From contig NSIC01000001.1 in the NCBI GenBank assembly GCA_002737635.1, positions 16,891-80,890 on the forward strand: DNA of 64,000 nt, read 5' to 3'. The stretch comes from Acidimicrobium sp. (GTDB lineage: Bacteria; Actinomycetota; Acidimicrobiia; Acidimicrobiales; Ilumatobacteraceae). Made by a program: the position numbers and the translations under genes. The notes below the pieces were generated by a model that searched no databases, had not been told where the DNA came from, and saw only the letters and a program-made list of their open reading frames with translations. Below, one piece after another: positions 63,600 through 64,000 of this stretch (the stretch's first letter is position 1; every line of letters starts with the position of its first letter).

Positions 63600-64000
63600 C
63601 TATTTTTTCGAATCAGCGCCATCAGAAGGCCTGATTGCATTCAGCTTTTTGCGCAATTTGAATGCCTCGCGCAGAATTTTGACAATCACCGAAGGGGAAC
63701 TCAAAGTTGAGACGCCGCGTGTACGCGGAAAGTAGTCGACGCCAAATTGCACGACACTCAGGTTCAATTTTTTCGCGCTAACGATCAGCTCGGCATCAAT
63801 AAACGAGCCTTCACTTTCAAGTTCTACTTTATCAAACACAGATTTGCGACAAAGTTTGAATGCAAAGTTAATGTCACGAAACCTCACGCCAAACAAAATA
63901 CGAACCATCAAGTTGTAAAACATCGAGTAGACGACTCGCACGTAGCCCTCACCCGTTCGATCAAAACGATATGCACTGACGATGTCGGCTTCGTACTGAT
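63600..64000 (-). CDS. Family-2 glycosyltransferase (polyprenol-phosphate sugar transferase type), 5' end beyond the window
   Basis: The frame is open to the right edge: ...QYEADIVSAYRFDRTGEGYVRVVYSMFYNLMVRILFGVRFRDINFAFKLCRKSVF...DAELIVSAKKLN...VDYFPRTRG. This is typical of the C-terminal half of DPM1/GtrB-like GT2 enzymes. Confidence 0.75.
   Translation of the reverse strand, partial: QYEADIVSAYRFDRTGEGYVRVVYSMFYNLMVRILFGVRFRDINFAFKLCRKSVFDKVELESEGSFIDAELIVSAKKLNLSVVQFGVDYFPRTRGVSTLSSPSVIVKILREAFKLRKKLNAIRPSDGADSKK

Noticed and set aside
1-64000. Mobile elements, prophage, tRNA/rRNA genes or known riboswitches
   Set aside because: No integrase, transposase or phage-like ORFs are present, and there are no tRNA-like T-arm motifs in the few intergenic gaps. 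The gaps upstream of ahcY, pgi, ldt and lysE are too short (under 35 nt) to hold riboswitches.

Overview
This is a gene-dense chromosomal core segment from a moderate-GC Actinomycetota genome. It holds about 63 protein-coding genes, and many neighbours overlap by 1-4 nt at start and stop codons. GC content was judged by eye, not computed. All family calls come from my own reading of the translated ORFs against sequences and motifs I remember; no searches were run.

Layout:
(1) Aldehyde dehydrogenase (cut by the left edge), Stf0-like sulfotransferase-menB, a TrmH-family methyltransferase, and truncated haemoglobin-echA.
(2) ftsX-ftsE-prfB-secA-comF.
(3) ahcY, Trm112-like, manB, an 800-aa polytopic membrane protein, a CPBP protease and DUF3499, facing ftsH.
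(4) A roughly 17-kb envelope-glycan region. It contains a GT2-membrane fusion, a DUF5719-like protein, a membrane thioredoxin-like protein, a flippase-like protein, gmd, fcl, three GT4 genes, manC and an epimerase. The F420 genes cofD-cofE sit inside it.
(5) Rhomboid protease, FmdB zinc ribbon, DUF3039 and LysE.
(6) The SOS mutasome imuA'-imuB-NUDIX-dnaE2, with two identical LexA operators.
(7) Acyl-CoA dehydrogenase, then rnhB-selD-ORF417-gpsA, then cofC.
(8) HU plus a Lys-rich micro-ORF and a terminator, the only long AT-rich gap, PIN-PhoH2, a WhiB-like protein, a SnoaL-like protein, a DnaQ-like exonuclease, a PafB/PafC-like pair and pgi.
(9) rarD, a TetR regulator, an alpha/beta hydrolase, an L,D-transpeptidase and a GT2 (cut by the right edge).

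I saw no rRNA, tRNA, CRISPR array, transposase, integrase or prophage signature.

The most interesting items are:
- an orphan selD translationally chained to an unrecognisable 417-aa protein;
- a NUDIX gene wedged into the SOS mutasome, with twin operators placed as for leaderless transcripts;
- a strongly SD-preceded Lys/Ala-rich micro-ORF after HU that is only readable with a -1 shift at an A5 run;
- a truncated haemoglobin with no canonical start codon;
- recurrent tandem repeats placed right after stop codons, whose period is not a multiple of three and which carry stops in all three frames;
- AKK-type basic tails on PafC-like and FtsH proteins.
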